This document shows, one piece after another, positions 26,222 through 35,944 of a stretch of DNA of 64,000 bases. The position numbers and the translations under genes are program-made. How positions within the stretch are numbered: position 1 is the first letter of the stretch; the number at the start of each line of letters is the position of its first letter. Origin of the DNA: Lysobacterales bacterium (GTDB taxonomy: Bacteria; Pseudomonadota; Gammaproteobacteria; Xanthomonadales; SZUA-38). The notes under the pieces are model-generated. The model worked only from the letters and a program-made list of their open reading frames with translations. It searched no databases and was not told the DNA's origin. The stretch spans positions 51,590 to 115,589 of the forward strand of contig JANQOZ010000015.1 in the NCBI GenBank assembly GCA_028285525.1, in the 5' to 3' direction.

Positions 26222-27280
26222 CTAAGCACCACAGGAGGCACGCACGATCAGCTCAGGCTCCATGACCTGCGACTCGTACTCGTCATGCTCAATTTGCCGC
26301 ACAACCAGATCGACCAGGTTTGCGCCGGCCAGAATGACGTCCTGTCTCATCGTTGAGAGGGGCGGGTTGCCGTACGCGGCCGCTTCAATATCGTCGAAGC
26401 CCATCACGCTGATTGTGCCGGGTACCGACAGCTTTCGGGTTTTCAGTTCCTGCAGAGCCCCCAGGGCAATCAGGTCGCTGGCGCAGACCAAACCGTCCGG
26501 TTCGAATCCCTCGTCCAGGAGCGTCTTTACCGCCTGCCGGCCACTCCCCTCACTGTTTTCCGCCGTGACCTGCGTCGAGCTGCCGCCGTCCAGACCCGCT
26601 GCCATCGTGGCCTTCCGGTAGCCCGCGTAACGATCGGCAAACTCGGGTGCCTGACCGGCCACCTTATTGCCGACAAAAGCGAGTCGCTGCCGGCCGTTGT
26701 CCAAAAGGTGCTGCGTGGCTCGGTAGCCGCCGAGCCGATTATCGCAGCCGACGTAGGAAGCGCGACCGAACTCCAGGCTGGGACCCCAGAGCACCCAGTG
26801 CGCCCCGTTTTCGCAAAGCCGTTCCAGCGTGGGATGTGAGTCGACGTAATCGCCATAGCCCAGGAGAATCAGCCCGTCTGCTCGATGCGCCTCCTCGTAG
26901 CGTGCATACCAGTCCTCTCCGGGTCTCTGCATCGACACCAGGAGGTCATAGTCACGCGCTGAGCACTCGCGGGTGATGCTCCCCAGCATCTGGAGAAAAA
27001 ACGGATTGATCGGCGACGCGGCGTCCGGTGCATCCTCAAACAGCAGCAGCGCCAGCGTCCGGGTGTTGCCCGAGCGAAGGCTGCTGGCGCTGCGGTCGAC
27101 CTGGTAGTTGAGCTCCGCGGCGATTTCCCGAATGCGTTTGCGCGTATCGGCGTTGACTAAAGGGCTGTCACGAAGCGCGCGCGAGACCGTGGCCTGAGAA
27201 ACACCGGCTCGGTAAGCAATGTCGAACGACGTCGGTTTTCTGTTGGGCATGGCAGGCGGGCCCTCGCAAGATGGACTCAA
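26222..27280 (-). CDS. LacI-family transcriptional regulator (probable maltodextrin-locus repressor)
   Basis: HTH KPTSFDIAYRAGVSQATVSRALR followed by a periplasmic-binding-protein-like sugar-binding core. The likely start is ATG 27250 (MPNRKPT). It is divergent from malQ. Confidence 0.9.
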   Translation of the reverse strand: MSPSCEGPPAMPNRKPTSFDIAYRAGVSQATVSRALRDSPLVNADTRKRIREIAAELNYQVDRSASSLRSGNTRTLALLLFEDAPDAASPINPFFLQMLGSITRECSARDYDLLVSMQRPGEDWYARYEEAHRADGLILLGYGDYVDSHPTLERLCENGAHWVLWGPSLEFGRASYVGCDNRLGGYRATQHLLDNGRQRLAFVGNKVAGQAPEFADRYAGYRKATMAAGLDGGSSTQVTAENSEGSGRQAVKTLLDEGFEPDGLVCASDLIALGALQELKTRKLSVPGTISVMGFDDIEAAAYGNPPLSTMRQDVILAGANLVDLVVRQIEHDEYESQVMEPELIVRASCGA

Positions 27281-27359
27281 GGGTGAGTTAAAAAAGTCCC
27301 CACGCCGGCCAGAGGCTAATACAAAAAGCGCTGATCGTCATATTCAGACTCCGGCGTTC

Positions 27360-27373
27360 TGAATACGTATGCA
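27360..27373. promoter_or_regulatory. Candidate LacI-family operator (TGAATACGTATGCA, CG-centred 14-bp palindrome)
   Basis: The half-sites TGAATAC / GTATGCA have one asymmetric position. The 16-mer TGAATACGTATGCAGG (27360-27375) recurs exactly, reverse-complemented, at 34308-34323. It sits between the divergent lacI-family and malQ genes. Confidence 0.65.
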
Positions 27374-29645
27374 GGATATTGCCTCCCTAATGACCCGCTG
27401 GCTTACTGAGGGCGATCGAACGAAGGCGCCAGCGCGCGTGGGACCGTTGGCGGCAAAAGGTGGCGTTTACGACATGAGGCAGGAGGCTCTGGCACAGCTC
27501 GCCGACGCGTGGGGCATAGAGCGGAATTTTCTCGACTATAAGAAAGACCCCGTAGCCATTTCTTTTGAAGCACGTTCCCGGGTGCTGTCGCTCATGCGTG
27601 ACGCGCCGCAGGACGAACAGGCGCTGGTCCGAAAACTCCAGGAGGCGCGCTCGGCGATGCTTTCGCCCTGCCTGGTGTTCAGCGAGGGTCAGGAACGGCG
27701 TTTTACGGCCCGCCTGCCGCAAGGTGAAAAGGGAGGTGTCAGCCTGTCTGCACGGATCACGCAGGAAGACGGCTCGGTGACGCACTGTTCTGTCCGGCAT
27801 TGCTGCCCCGAAATCGTCGAAACGACCGACCACAAGGCGGAAAGTGACACGTGCGAGCTGGTGTTGGAGTCAGCGCTGCCGCAGGGTTATCACCACCTCT
27901 CGCTCGTTAATCGCACCACAACGCTGGCGGAGACTTTCCTTTACATCACACCGGTCCAGGCATTCCAGCCGCAGTCACTGGGCGGCGGCCAACGTCTTTT
28001 TGGACTCAGCATTCAGCTTTACACGCTGCGGAGCTCGCGCAATTGGGGCATGGGCGACTTTACGGACCTGCAGACACTCATCCGCGACGCGGCCGCCGAA
28101 GGCGTTGACGTCATCGGGGTCAATCCGCTGCACGCGCTGTTTCCCGGGAATCCGCTGCACTTCAGCCCCTACAGCCCGTCGAACCGGGCGTTCCTCAACG
28201 TGATGTATATCGACCCCGAGGCGACTGAGGAATATGCGTCCTGTGCCGCGGCTCGCGAGCTGGTGGCATCGAACAATTTTCAGCAGCGTCTCGCGCAGCT
28301 TCGGGAGACCCGCGGCGTCGACTATGAGGGCGTCGCCGCCGCAAAAGGGCAGGTGCTGGAGCTGCTCTTTGATCACTTTTGCGACCGGGAGCTGGCGCAC
28401 AAAACCGAGCGGGCCGCGGCGTTTCAGAAGTTCTGCGAAAGTCGGGGTGAAGCGCTTCGCCTGCACGCAAGCTACGACTGCCTGCATGAGCATTTTCTTC
28501 GTCGGGATCCCGACTGCTGGGGCTGGCCGGTATGGCCCGAAGCGTATCGACACCCGTCGAACGCGGCGGTGCAGAAATTTGCCAAAGCAAACGCCGATCG
28601 CGCGCGCTACTTCTGTTTCCTGCAGTGGCTTGCCCAGGAGCAGCTGATGGCGGCGCAGGACCTGTCGCGCGTCCTCGGCATGGGGGTCGGGCTCTATGTC
28701 GACCTCGCTGTGGGTGTGGACATGAACGGTTCAGAGGTCTGGTCCAATCAGGAAGCGTTTGCGCTGGAGGCCAGCGCTGGGGCCCCGCCGGACGAACTCG
28801 CCAGATCCGGGCAAGACTGGGGCTTTCCGCCGCTGTGCCCCAGGATGTTGGCATGCACCGGCTATGCGCTGTTTGCGCAAAACCTTCGCGCGAACATGGC
28901 GCTGTGCGGCGCCGTCCGCTACGATCATGCGGTCTCGCTGCTGCGGCTTTGGTGGATACCGAAGGAACGGTCTGCCAGCGATGGTGCCTACGTCCGCTAC
29001 GACCTCGAGGCCATGCTCGGTATCCTTGCACTCGAGAGCCAGCGACACGAGTGCCTGGTGATCGGTGAGGATCTGGGTACAGTTCCGGACCTGCTGACCG
29101 AGCGCCTGCAGGCACGAAATATTTATTCTTACCGCGTGCTCTATTTCGAAAAAACGACGACCAAACTGCTCGGACCGCAGGAGTATCCGCGTGAAGCGAC
29201 AGCGACCATCACCACCCACGACCTGCCTACGCTGGCCAGCTGGTGGGACGGCTCAGACATTGATTTGCGCGCCAGGCTTGGCCTGCTCGGGACTGACGCG
29301 GTGGTAGCGCAGATGCTCGCCGAGCGAGCGCAGGATCGCGAGCACCTGCTGCACGCCCTGCATGAGGCCGGGTGCTGGGACGGCTTGCTGAGTGCTGAAG
29401 ACTTCCCCGATCTTCCCACGGAGCTCAACATCGCCGTCCACCGGTTTCTCTCGCGCAGCCGGTCCGGTGTCATGATTGCGCAGCTGGAGGACCTGATGGA
29501 GATGCTGACGCCGGTCAACGTGCCTGGAACCTTTCGGGGTCACCGCAACTGGCAGCGCAAGCTTCGCTACCCCATCGAGGGCCTGTTCGAGCGACCTGCG
29601 GCGCGGGCGATCTGCGCCGCGATGCGCGAGGAGCGTCAGGCGTGA
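27369..29645 (+). CDS. malQ: 4-alpha-glucanotransferase (amylomaltase, GH77)
   Basis: 758 aa with the characteristic FGLSIQLYTLRSSRNWGMGDFTDL and GVNPLHALFPGNPLHFSPYSPSNR motifs. The true start is probably ATG 27474 (MRQEALAQLADAWGIERNF), because the tracked ATG lies inside the operator palindrome. Confidence 0.9.
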   Translation: MQDIASLMTRWLTEGDRTKAPARVGPLAAKGGVYDMRQEALAQLADAWGIERNFLDYKKDPVAISFEARSRVLSLMRDAPQDEQALVRKLQEARSAMLSPCLVFSEGQERRFTARLPQGEKGGVSLSARITQEDGSVTHCSVRHCCPEIVETTDHKAESDTCELVLESALPQGYHHLSLVNRTTTLAETFLYITPVQAFQPQSLGGGQRLFGLSIQLYTLRSSRNWGMGDFTDLQTLIRDAAAEGVDVIGVNPLHALFPGNPLHFSPYSPSNRAFLNVMYIDPEATEEYASCAAARELVASNNFQQRLAQLRETRGVDYEGVAAAKGQVLELLFDHFCDRELAHKTERAAAFQKFCESRGEALRLHASYDCLHEHFLRRDPDCWGWPVWPEAYRHPSNAAVQKFAKANADRARYFCFLQWLAQEQLMAAQDLSRVLGMGVGLYVDLAVGVDMNGSEVWSNQEAFALEASAGAPPDELARSGQDWGFPPLCPRMLACTGYALFAQNLRANMALCGAVRYDHAVSLLRLWWIPKERSASDGAYVRYDLEAMLGILALESQRHECLVIGEDLGTVPDLLTERLQARNIYSYRVLYFEKTTTKLLGPQEYPREATATITTHDLPTLASWWDGSDIDLRARLGLLGTDAVVAQMLAERAQDREHLLHALHEAGCWDGLLSAEDFPDLPTELNIAVHRFLSRSRSGVMIAQLEDLMEMLTPVNVPGTFRGHRNWQRKLRYPIEGLFERPAARAICAAMREERQA

Positions 29646-31159
29646 GGCGCGGAGCGGTGGTAAAGGCAAGCCTCATCCTGGGGCTTGCGGTCTCTTCGGT
29701 GCCACTTCCAGCGGCTGCGAATGATCCCGGTGCTTCCGGGGACGTATTTGTTCAGCTCTTCGAATGGCGCTGGGACGATGTCGCCAAAGAGTGTGAGCTG
29801 GTGCTTGGTCCCGCGGGTATCCATGCCGTCCAGGTTTCACCACCGAATGAGCACATCGACCCTCAGGCCCTGCCTGAGCCCTATCGGGGTGCATGGTGGG
29901 CGCGGTACCAGCCCGTCAGCTACCGGCTGAACAGCCGCTCGGGCAGTGATGAGGCGTTTCGTGACATGGTCGAGCGCTGCGCGAACAGCGGCGTTGAAAT
30001 CTACGCGGACGCGATTCTGAACCATATGGCTGATTACGGTCGAACGGGGATCGCCGGCACCACCTTCGATCGCAAGGCGCGCCGCTATGAGGATTATGTG
30101 GATGCCCAGTTTCATGAGTACTGCGTCATTGACGGGGAAGACTACTGGCTGAGAGACGACCCTTCGCCGGCCGTGGCGCGCGAACGAGCCAGGCGAGTGC
30201 GCGACTGCCAGCTCGGCAAGCTGCCGGATCTGGCAACCGAGCGGCCGGACGTCCGCGCCACGCTGAGCGCCTATCTCAACACGCTGCTGGAGACTGGCGT
30301 GAAGGGTCTGCGCATCGACGCGGCAAAACACATGCGGCCCGAGGACATCACGGCGGTTCTTGCGGATCTGAACCAGCCGGCCTACATCTTTCAGGAAGTG
30401 ATCGACACACGCGGTCAGTCGGTGGCTGTTGATGAGTACCTGCCGAACGGCGCCATCACCGAGTTTCTCTACAGCCTGCGCATCGGCGAAGCCTTTGCGC
30501 AGGACAATCTGCCGGCCCTGAAGGACCTGAATGAAGCAGGCGGTCTGCTGCCGTCGGCGACGGCGGTGGTCTTTGTCGACAATCATGACAACCAGCGCGG
30601 ACACGGCATGGCGGCGAGCACCACCCACCGCGACGGCACCCGCTATCAGCTGGCGACTACGTTCATGCTCGCATGGCCCTATGGGTATCCGCGACTGATG
30701 TCGAGCTACGAGTGGGGTGGCGTCAACGACCATCTCGGCCCACCGGCAGACGACACCGGCAACACGCTGCCGGTGTATAGCGCGGACGGATCGTCGGACT
30801 GCGGGGAGGGGCGCTGGATCTGTGAACACCGCACGGCCCAAACGCTGCGCATGGTCGAATTCAGGCGGCGCGCTCGTGCTGCGGGCGCCACCACGGTGGC
30901 GAGCTGGTGGGATAACGGCAGCACGGCGGTTGGCTTCTCGCTTCGCAGTCCGGACGCCGCTTTTGCACAAATCGTGATCAACAGCTCTACGGAGGAACTG
31001 GATGCGCTCATTCCGACAGCTTTGCCTGACGGCGCCTACTGCGCGCTCGGGGATTCCCAACAGCCATGTGTAGAGCACACCGTGAGGGACGGCAGGTTGG
31101 TGGCGAGGCTGGCGGCGGAAAGCGCATTGGTCCTGGAGCGAGCGTCCGCAAAGCGCTGA
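29642..31159 (+). CDS. Secreted alpha-amylase (GH13)
   Basis: GTG start overlapping the malQ stop (GTGA). It has a signal peptide. GH13 regions are VFVQLFEWRWDDVAKEC, DAILNHM, GLRIDAAKHM, FQEVID and FVDNHDNQRG. Confidence 0.9.
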   Translation: MRRGAVVKASLILGLAVSSVPLPAAANDPGASGDVFVQLFEWRWDDVAKECELVLGPAGIHAVQVSPPNEHIDPQALPEPYRGAWWARYQPVSYRLNSRSGSDEAFRDMVERCANSGVEIYADAILNHMADYGRTGIAGTTFDRKARRYEDYVDAQFHEYCVIDGEDYWLRDDPSPAVARERARRVRDCQLGKLPDLATERPDVRATLSAYLNTLLETGVKGLRIDAAKHMRPEDITAVLADLNQPAYIFQEVIDTRGQSVAVDEYLPNGAITEFLYSLRIGEAFAQDNLPALKDLNEAGGLLPSATAVVFVDNHDNQRGHGMAASTTHRDGTRYQLATTFMLAWPYGYPRLMSSYEWGGVNDHLGPPADDTGNTLPVYSADGSSDCGEGRWICEHRTAQTLRMVEFRRRARAAGATTVASWWDNGSTAVGFSLRSPDAAFAQIVINSSTEELDALIPTALPDGAYCALGDSQQPCVEHTVRDGRLVARLAAESALVLERASAKR

Positions 31160-31217
31160 GGTTGAGTTTTCTGCCTCGAAAGCCCCGCCTTCTAAGAGAG
31201 CTTCCCAAAGCCGGGGC

Positions 31218-31250
31218 AAAAAAAAGGGGCCCTCGCAGCGCGAGAGCCCC
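31218..31250 (-). terminator. Rho-independent terminator of the maltodextrin TonB-dependent receptor gene
   Basis: The hairpin GGGGCCCTCGC-AGC-GCGAGAGCCCC (31226-31250; 11-bp arms, one mismatch) is followed on the minus strand by an 8-U tract (the A-run at 31218-31225). It begins 30 nt after the stop at 31280. Confidence 0.75.
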
Positions 31251-31279
31251 TAGTGAGCCTACTAGTTTCTGCGGAAATG

Positions 31280-34243
31280 CTAGTACGCGTAGCTCAAGCC
31301 GACAAACATCTGCCGACCAAAGAAAGCGTTGCTGCTGATTTGCTCAGGCTGGTTGAAGTAGGTGACCACCGGCTCGTCAGTCAGGTTGTTCACCTGGAAC
31401 AGCAGGGTCAGCCCCGCCAGATTTCCACCCTCGTAGAAATCGTAGGACGCCTGGAAGTCAAACACAGACTCCTCGTCGTTGATCGGCAGCTGCTCACCGA
31501 TGCCGCGCTGGCGTGAGATGAACTCGTCCCGGTAGCGATAGCCGAGGCGCGTTTCAAACCCGCCCTTCTCGTAAAACACCGTCGCGTTAAAGACGTTCTC
31601 GGACAGGCCCGGCAGCGTGATGTTGCCGCCGCGGCCACTCTGCGTGTCGGGCAGCGCGATCGAGCTTTCGGTGTACGAGTAGTTCGCCGTGACGCCCAGG
31701 CCGTTGAACGGCTCGGGAAGCAGTTCATCGAAGGACTGGGTGAAAGCGAACTCGATACCGCGGACAAAGCCACCGTCTCCATTAGCGGGCGACGTAAACT
31801 CACCGACCGGATTCAGCGTCACGCCGGGATTCAAGTTCACGTTAGTCGGATCGATGAAGCCCTGGTCAACAAAGTTCTGCTCCAGGGTCTGCGAAATGAT
31901 GAACGTTTTGATGTCTTTGTAGAACACCGCCGCCGTGTAGATGCCGCCACCGTCGGTGTAGTACTCAAACGAAAGGTCAATCTGGTCGGCCTCAAACGGA
32001 TCCAAATTGGTGTTGCCGCCGTTGCCGTTGACGATACCCGTATTGGCATCGACGTTCACCGAGTTGCCTGCGCGCAGGTCGTCCAGATCGGGGCGAGCGA
32101 TCACCTTGGACAGACCCAGGCGGAGCTGCTGGTTGTCGGTCAGCTGAAACGCGGCGTTGAACGACGGCAGGATGTCGTCGTAGTCATAGTCGATGGAGAT
32201 CGGCTCAGGCACGCCGTTCAGGATCGTGTTCGAATCGGAGCTTTGCTCCGTATCGATGGCGCGGATTCCGAAGTTACCGCGAACGGGGATGCCGAACAGC
32301 TCGACGTCGTAGTTCGCCTGCACGTACGCAGCCGTCGTATCTTCCTCGACCAGGAACGATTCGGTGATCAGAAAATCCAGGTTGCCCCCAGCGATCGCTC
32401 CCGCGCGACCCTGCAGCTGGTTGGGCGTCAGCCCCGGAAACAGGCCAGTTACCGCGTCAAAGTCGATGGCCAGATAGCTCGGATAGCCGCTGAAATCGCC
32501 GTTGAATTGCTCAATCGTATACAGGCTCGGGTCGACAAACACCGGCGAGAAACCAGGAATGTCGTTCACGAACGGGTTGGGGTTAGCAGCTGGTGAGTCC
32601 ATGTTGTTGCGCGCGAACTGATAAAAGCCCGCCTCGTTACCCACCGCAAATCCGGTTCGTTCCTGACGAGTTTCGCGAGAGGAGCGTCTCACGCCCCCTT
32701 CGATTGAAATGATGCCGGTGACGCGCTCAAAGTCGTACTTGACGTCGAAGGCCGCGGCATCGAGCGTGTCGTCATTTTTCGTCGGGAACGACTGATAGAC
32801 GCCGACATGCGGCTGCGAGGGGTCATCGCCGAAGTTGTTCCCGAAGGTGAACGTTTGCGGTACGTCCAGTCCGTTCAGCAGGAAGTCGAACTGCACGTCG
32901 CTATCCAGCTGGAATCCGTTGTTCACCTGATGGATGACCACCCGGGTGTCAGGCTGGAAGGCGTCGGAGTCCGAGTAGGACAGGTCGCCCGAGAAGGTCC
33001 AGGGGCCGCGATACCACTTGGCGCCGAGACCCAGGTTCAGAATTTCGTTATCGAAATCCCGCGTCTGCGTATCGCTGCTCGGGGTGATGCCGAACCCTCC
33101 ACAGCAGGCGTCGGTCGAGAACGGGTTGTTGGGATCGGTAATCGGCGACCCCGCATCGCGGGTATAGGTGCCGCCGATGATCACGTCATTCGAGATGCGT
33201 GGGTTGGTCAGGGTGGTTCCACCGCCGATCGACTGGGGTCCAATGAGCGTGACGCCTCGGGCGAAGCCGGTGGAGTCGAACTGGGAATAGTAAGAATCGA
33301 ACGTCAGCTCGAAATCGTCGTTGGGCTGCCACTGAATCGACGCGATGAACGCATCGCGCGCGTCCTCGCCCCCTAGCTCCTCTGCGCCGTAGCGGAACGG
33401 AACGAAGTCGTTGACGCCATTGCCATCGAAGTCCGAGCCGGTTTGCGTAAAGGTGTCCGTACCGAACCGCGAAGCGACGTTGGCCTGCTCAAGCCGGGCG
33501 TAGCCGAGGACCACGCCGAGCGTCTCGTCAGCGAAAATGCCGCGATAGGTGAAGCTGCCGCGGTAGCCGTAGTCGTCGGAGTCCACCGAGTCGCCGGCCA
33601 GATCGTTGTACGACGCTCGCAGGTTGAGATTGAGGTTGTGCTGTTTGTCCAAACCCTGGGATAGCGGACGAGCCAGCTTCAAAGCGACCGTCCCTCCGAG
33701 GCCACCCTCGATCAGACGTGCTTCGCTGCCCTTGTAAACATCAACGCCGGAGATCAGCTCTGAGGGGTACTGCGAGAAGTCGATCGCCCTGCCGCCGCTC
33801 GTGGCGACCTGCTCCCGGCCGTTCAGCGTCGAGAGAACGAGCCCCTGATCGAGGCCGCGGATGTTGATGGCGCCGGCCTGACCGCCGGTACGCTGTGCGG
33901 TGACACCGGGCAGGCGCGCAATGGAATCGGCGACGGAAATATCCGGAAGCCGCCCGATGTCCTCGGCCGAGATCGATTCGATTACCGTACCCGCGTCACG
34001 CTTATTGTCGATCGCGTTTTCTAGGCTGCGTCGGAAGCCGGTGACGACAAGTTCTTCCAATACCGCCTGATCATCGTCATCCTGACCCTCAGCCGGCTGC
34101 GCATACGCAGGCAACCCTGTGAATGTGGCGGCGGCAACGGCTGCGGCAAGGAGTTTGCGGCGAAAGCCTGGCTGTTCAGGCGGTGTGGGATTATTTTGTG
34201 TGCTTTGTGCGTGGCGACGGCTGCGGGAGCGATTCATGGGCAC
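31280..34243 (-). CDS. TonB-dependent outer-membrane receptor (probable maltodextrin/alpha-glucan uptake)
   Basis: 987 aa with the plug region EELVVTGFRRSLENAIDNKRDAGTVIESISAEDIGRLPDISVADSIARLPGV. The long beta-barrel ends FVGLSYAY. The substrate is inferred only from the flanking mal genes. Confidence 0.9.
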   Translation of the reverse strand: MPMNRSRSRRHAQSTQNNPTPPEQPGFRRKLLAAAVAAATFTGLPAYAQPAEGQDDDDQAVLEELVVTGFRRSLENAIDNKRDAGTVIESISAEDIGRLPDISVADSIARLPGVTAQRTGGQAGAINIRGLDQGLVLSTLNGREQVATSGGRAIDFSQYPSELISGVDVYKGSEARLIEGGLGGTVALKLARPLSQGLDKQHNLNLNLRASYNDLAGDSVDSDDYGYRGSFTYRGIFADETLGVVLGYARLEQANVASRFGTDTFTQTGSDFDGNGVNDFVPFRYGAEELGGEDARDAFIASIQWQPNDDFELTFDSYYSQFDSTGFARGVTLIGPQSIGGGTTLTNPRISNDVIIGGTYTRDAGSPITDPNNPFSTDACCGGFGITPSSDTQTRDFDNEILNLGLGAKWYRGPWTFSGDLSYSDSDAFQPDTRVVIHQVNNGFQLDSDVQFDFLLNGLDVPQTFTFGNNFGDDPSQPHVGVYQSFPTKNDDTLDAAAFDVKYDFERVTGIISIEGGVRRSSRETRQERTGFAVGNEAGFYQFARNNMDSPAANPNPFVNDIPGFSPVFVDPSLYTIEQFNGDFSGYPSYLAIDFDAVTGLFPGLTPNQLQGRAGAIAGGNLDFLITESFLVEEDTTAAYVQANYDVELFGIPVRGNFGIRAIDTEQSSDSNTILNGVPEPISIDYDYDDILPSFNAAFQLTDNQQLRLGLSKVIARPDLDDLRAGNSVNVDANTGIVNGNGGNTNLDPFEADQIDLSFEYYTDGGGIYTAAVFYKDIKTFIISQTLEQNFVDQGFIDPTNVNLNPGVTLNPVGEFTSPANGDGGFVRGIEFAFTQSFDELLPEPFNGLGVTANYSYTESSIALPDTQSGRGGNITLPGLSENVFNATVFYEKGGFETRLGYRYRDEFISRQRGIGEQLPINDEESVFDFQASYDFYEGGNLAGLTLLFQVNNLTDEPVVTYFNQPEQISSNAFFGRQMFVGLSYAY

Positions 34244-34309
34244 CTCGTGATTTGGACTGATCGTTCGCTATCACAGATTCTAGGAATGTGCTTTGAAACA
34301 GCAATGGCC

Positions 34310-34323
34310 TGCATACGTATTCA
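34310..34323. promoter_or_regulatory. Candidate LacI-family operator, second copy (TGCATACGTATTCA)
   Basis: Exact reverse complement of the site at 27360-27373 (16/16 identity over 34308-34323). It lies in the divergent TBDR/MFS promoter region, 50 bp upstream of the MFS start and 67 bp upstream of the TBDR start. Confidence 0.65.
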
Positions 34324-34372
34324 CTATTGAGTACGTCCGCTACAGCGCCCTAAGATCGAGCAAATCGCGAAA

Positions 34373-35944
34373 TTGCCTTCCGACCCATTGACCGATAAAG
34401 AGAAAAAATCTGCGGTTCGTCCAGAGCTGTCGTTCCTTCAGATTTGGAATATGTGTTTTGGTTTTCTGGGCATCCAGATGGGTTTTGCCCTGCAGAATGC
34501 CAACGTCAGCCGCATCTTCCAGTCACTCGGTGCCTCGATGGAGGAAATTCCGATTCTATGGATTGCCGCTCCGGTGACCGGGCTGCTCGTCCAGCCGATC
34601 GTCGGGTACTACAGCGATCGAACTTGGGGTCGACTGGGGCGTCGCCGTCCGTACTTTCTGTTCGGAGCCATCGCTACCACCGCAGCGTTATTCTTCATGC
34701 CGTACGCGCCGGGCCTGTGGATTGCCGCCGGGACGCTTTGGATCATGGACGCCTCGATCAACGTCTCCATGGAACCGTTTCGAGCCTTCGTGGGCGACAA
34801 CCTCCCCGAGCGACAGCGCAGCAAGGGTTTTGCCATGCAGAGCTTTTTTATCGGCATCGGCGCTGTCTTCGCATCAGCGCTGCCGTGGATGCTCGCCAAC
34901 TGGTTTGCGGTCAGCAACACCGCAGCCGAGGGTCAGGTGCCCGACTCCGTGCGCTACGCGTTTTACGTCGGCGGCGCCTGCTTGTTCCTGGCCGTTTTGT
35001 GGACGGTGCTTACCAGCCAGGAGTACAGCCCGGACGAGCTTAAGTCGTTTGAGCGTGGGTCAACGCCCGCTGGGGATCTCGCCGCGGCAAGCGGTCTCGT
35101 GTCCGAAGCTTTTCTGAGGCGCAGCGCGCTCTACTGGCTGCTGGCTGGATTGCTTGGCAGCGCCGCCGTGGCGTTTTGGGACTGGGATGCGCAGCTGCTC
35201 ATCCTGACGGCCGGTGCCGTGCTGTTCGCCGTCGTTCAGCGAATCGCTGCCAGCCTGCTGGCGGCCGGGCGCTACGACCACGGATTCTGCGAGGTAGTCG
35301 TCGATCTGTTCACCATGCCTCGGACGATGCGTCAGCTTGCGGTTGTGCAGTTTTTTTCCTGGTTTGCGCTGTTCGCTATGTGGATCTACACCACGGCCGC
35401 GGTAACGAGTCATCACTACGGGAGTGACGATCCCGCCAGCGCCTTATTCAACGAAGGGGCCAACTGGGTCGGCGTGCTGTTCGCCGCCTACAACGGCTTC
35501 GCCGCGATCGCCGCTGTGGCGCTGCCGTTCCTAGCCGGGCATCTTGGCCGCCGCGGTGCTCACGGCCTGTGTTTGATGATCGGCGCTGCCGCCTTTTTGT
35601 CGTTCTTTGTCATCGACGATCCCCGCTGGCTTCTGGCTTCCATGGTCGGCATCGGTATCGCTTGGGCGTCCATTCTGGCGATGCCCTATGCCATTCTCTC
35701 CGTGCATCTGCCGGCCAATAAAATGGGCGTGTACATGGGTATCTTCAATTTTTTTATCGTGATTCCGCAGCTGGTCGCCGCGAGTATTCTTGGCCTGTTG
35801 CTGCGTGAACTGTTTGCCAGCCAGAGCATCTACGCGATGGCGATCGCCGCTGGGTCCATGGCGATTGCTGCGGTGTCACTGATCTGGGTTGATGACCCCG
35901 AGACCGTTACCCATTCAGTTCAGGAGACGTCCGCGCATGCTTGA
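34373..35944 (+). CDS. MFS sugar transporter, SLC45/GPH-like (copy 1)
   Basis: 523 aa, 12 TM. The signature loop is YYSDRTWGRLGRRRPYFLFGA. Confidence 0.85.
   Translation: MPSDPLTDKEKKSAVRPELSFLQIWNMCFGFLGIQMGFALQNANVSRIFQSLGASMEEIPILWIAAPVTGLLVQPIVGYYSDRTWGRLGRRRPYFLFGAIATTAALFFMPYAPGLWIAAGTLWIMDASINVSMEPFRAFVGDNLPERQRSKGFAMQSFFIGIGAVFASALPWMLANWFAVSNTAAEGQVPDSVRYAFYVGGACLFLAVLWTVLTSQEYSPDELKSFERGSTPAGDLAAASGLVSEAFLRRSALYWLLAGLLGSAAVAFWDWDAQLLILTAGAVLFAVVQRIAASLLAAGRYDHGFCEVVVDLFTMPRTMRQLAVVQFFSWFALFAMWIYTTAAVTSHHYGSDDPASALFNEGANWVGVLFAAYNGFAAIAAVALPFLAGHLGRRGAHGLCLMIGAAAFLSFFVIDDPRWLLASMVGIGIAWASILAMPYAILSVHLPANKMGVYMGIFNFFIVIPQLVAASILGLLLRELFASQSIYAMAIAAGSMAIAAVSLIWVDDPETVTHSVQETSAHA

Noticed and set aside
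28195-31219. Long antisense ORFs over malQ and the amylase (28195-29115, 27975-28553, 29837-31219). Similar ones lie over the MFS and oxidoreductase genes (36030-37016, 62237-63556).
   Set aside because: All are R/P/A-rich and lack motifs. They are opposed by frames with unmistakable GH77, GH13, MFS and Rossmann signatures.
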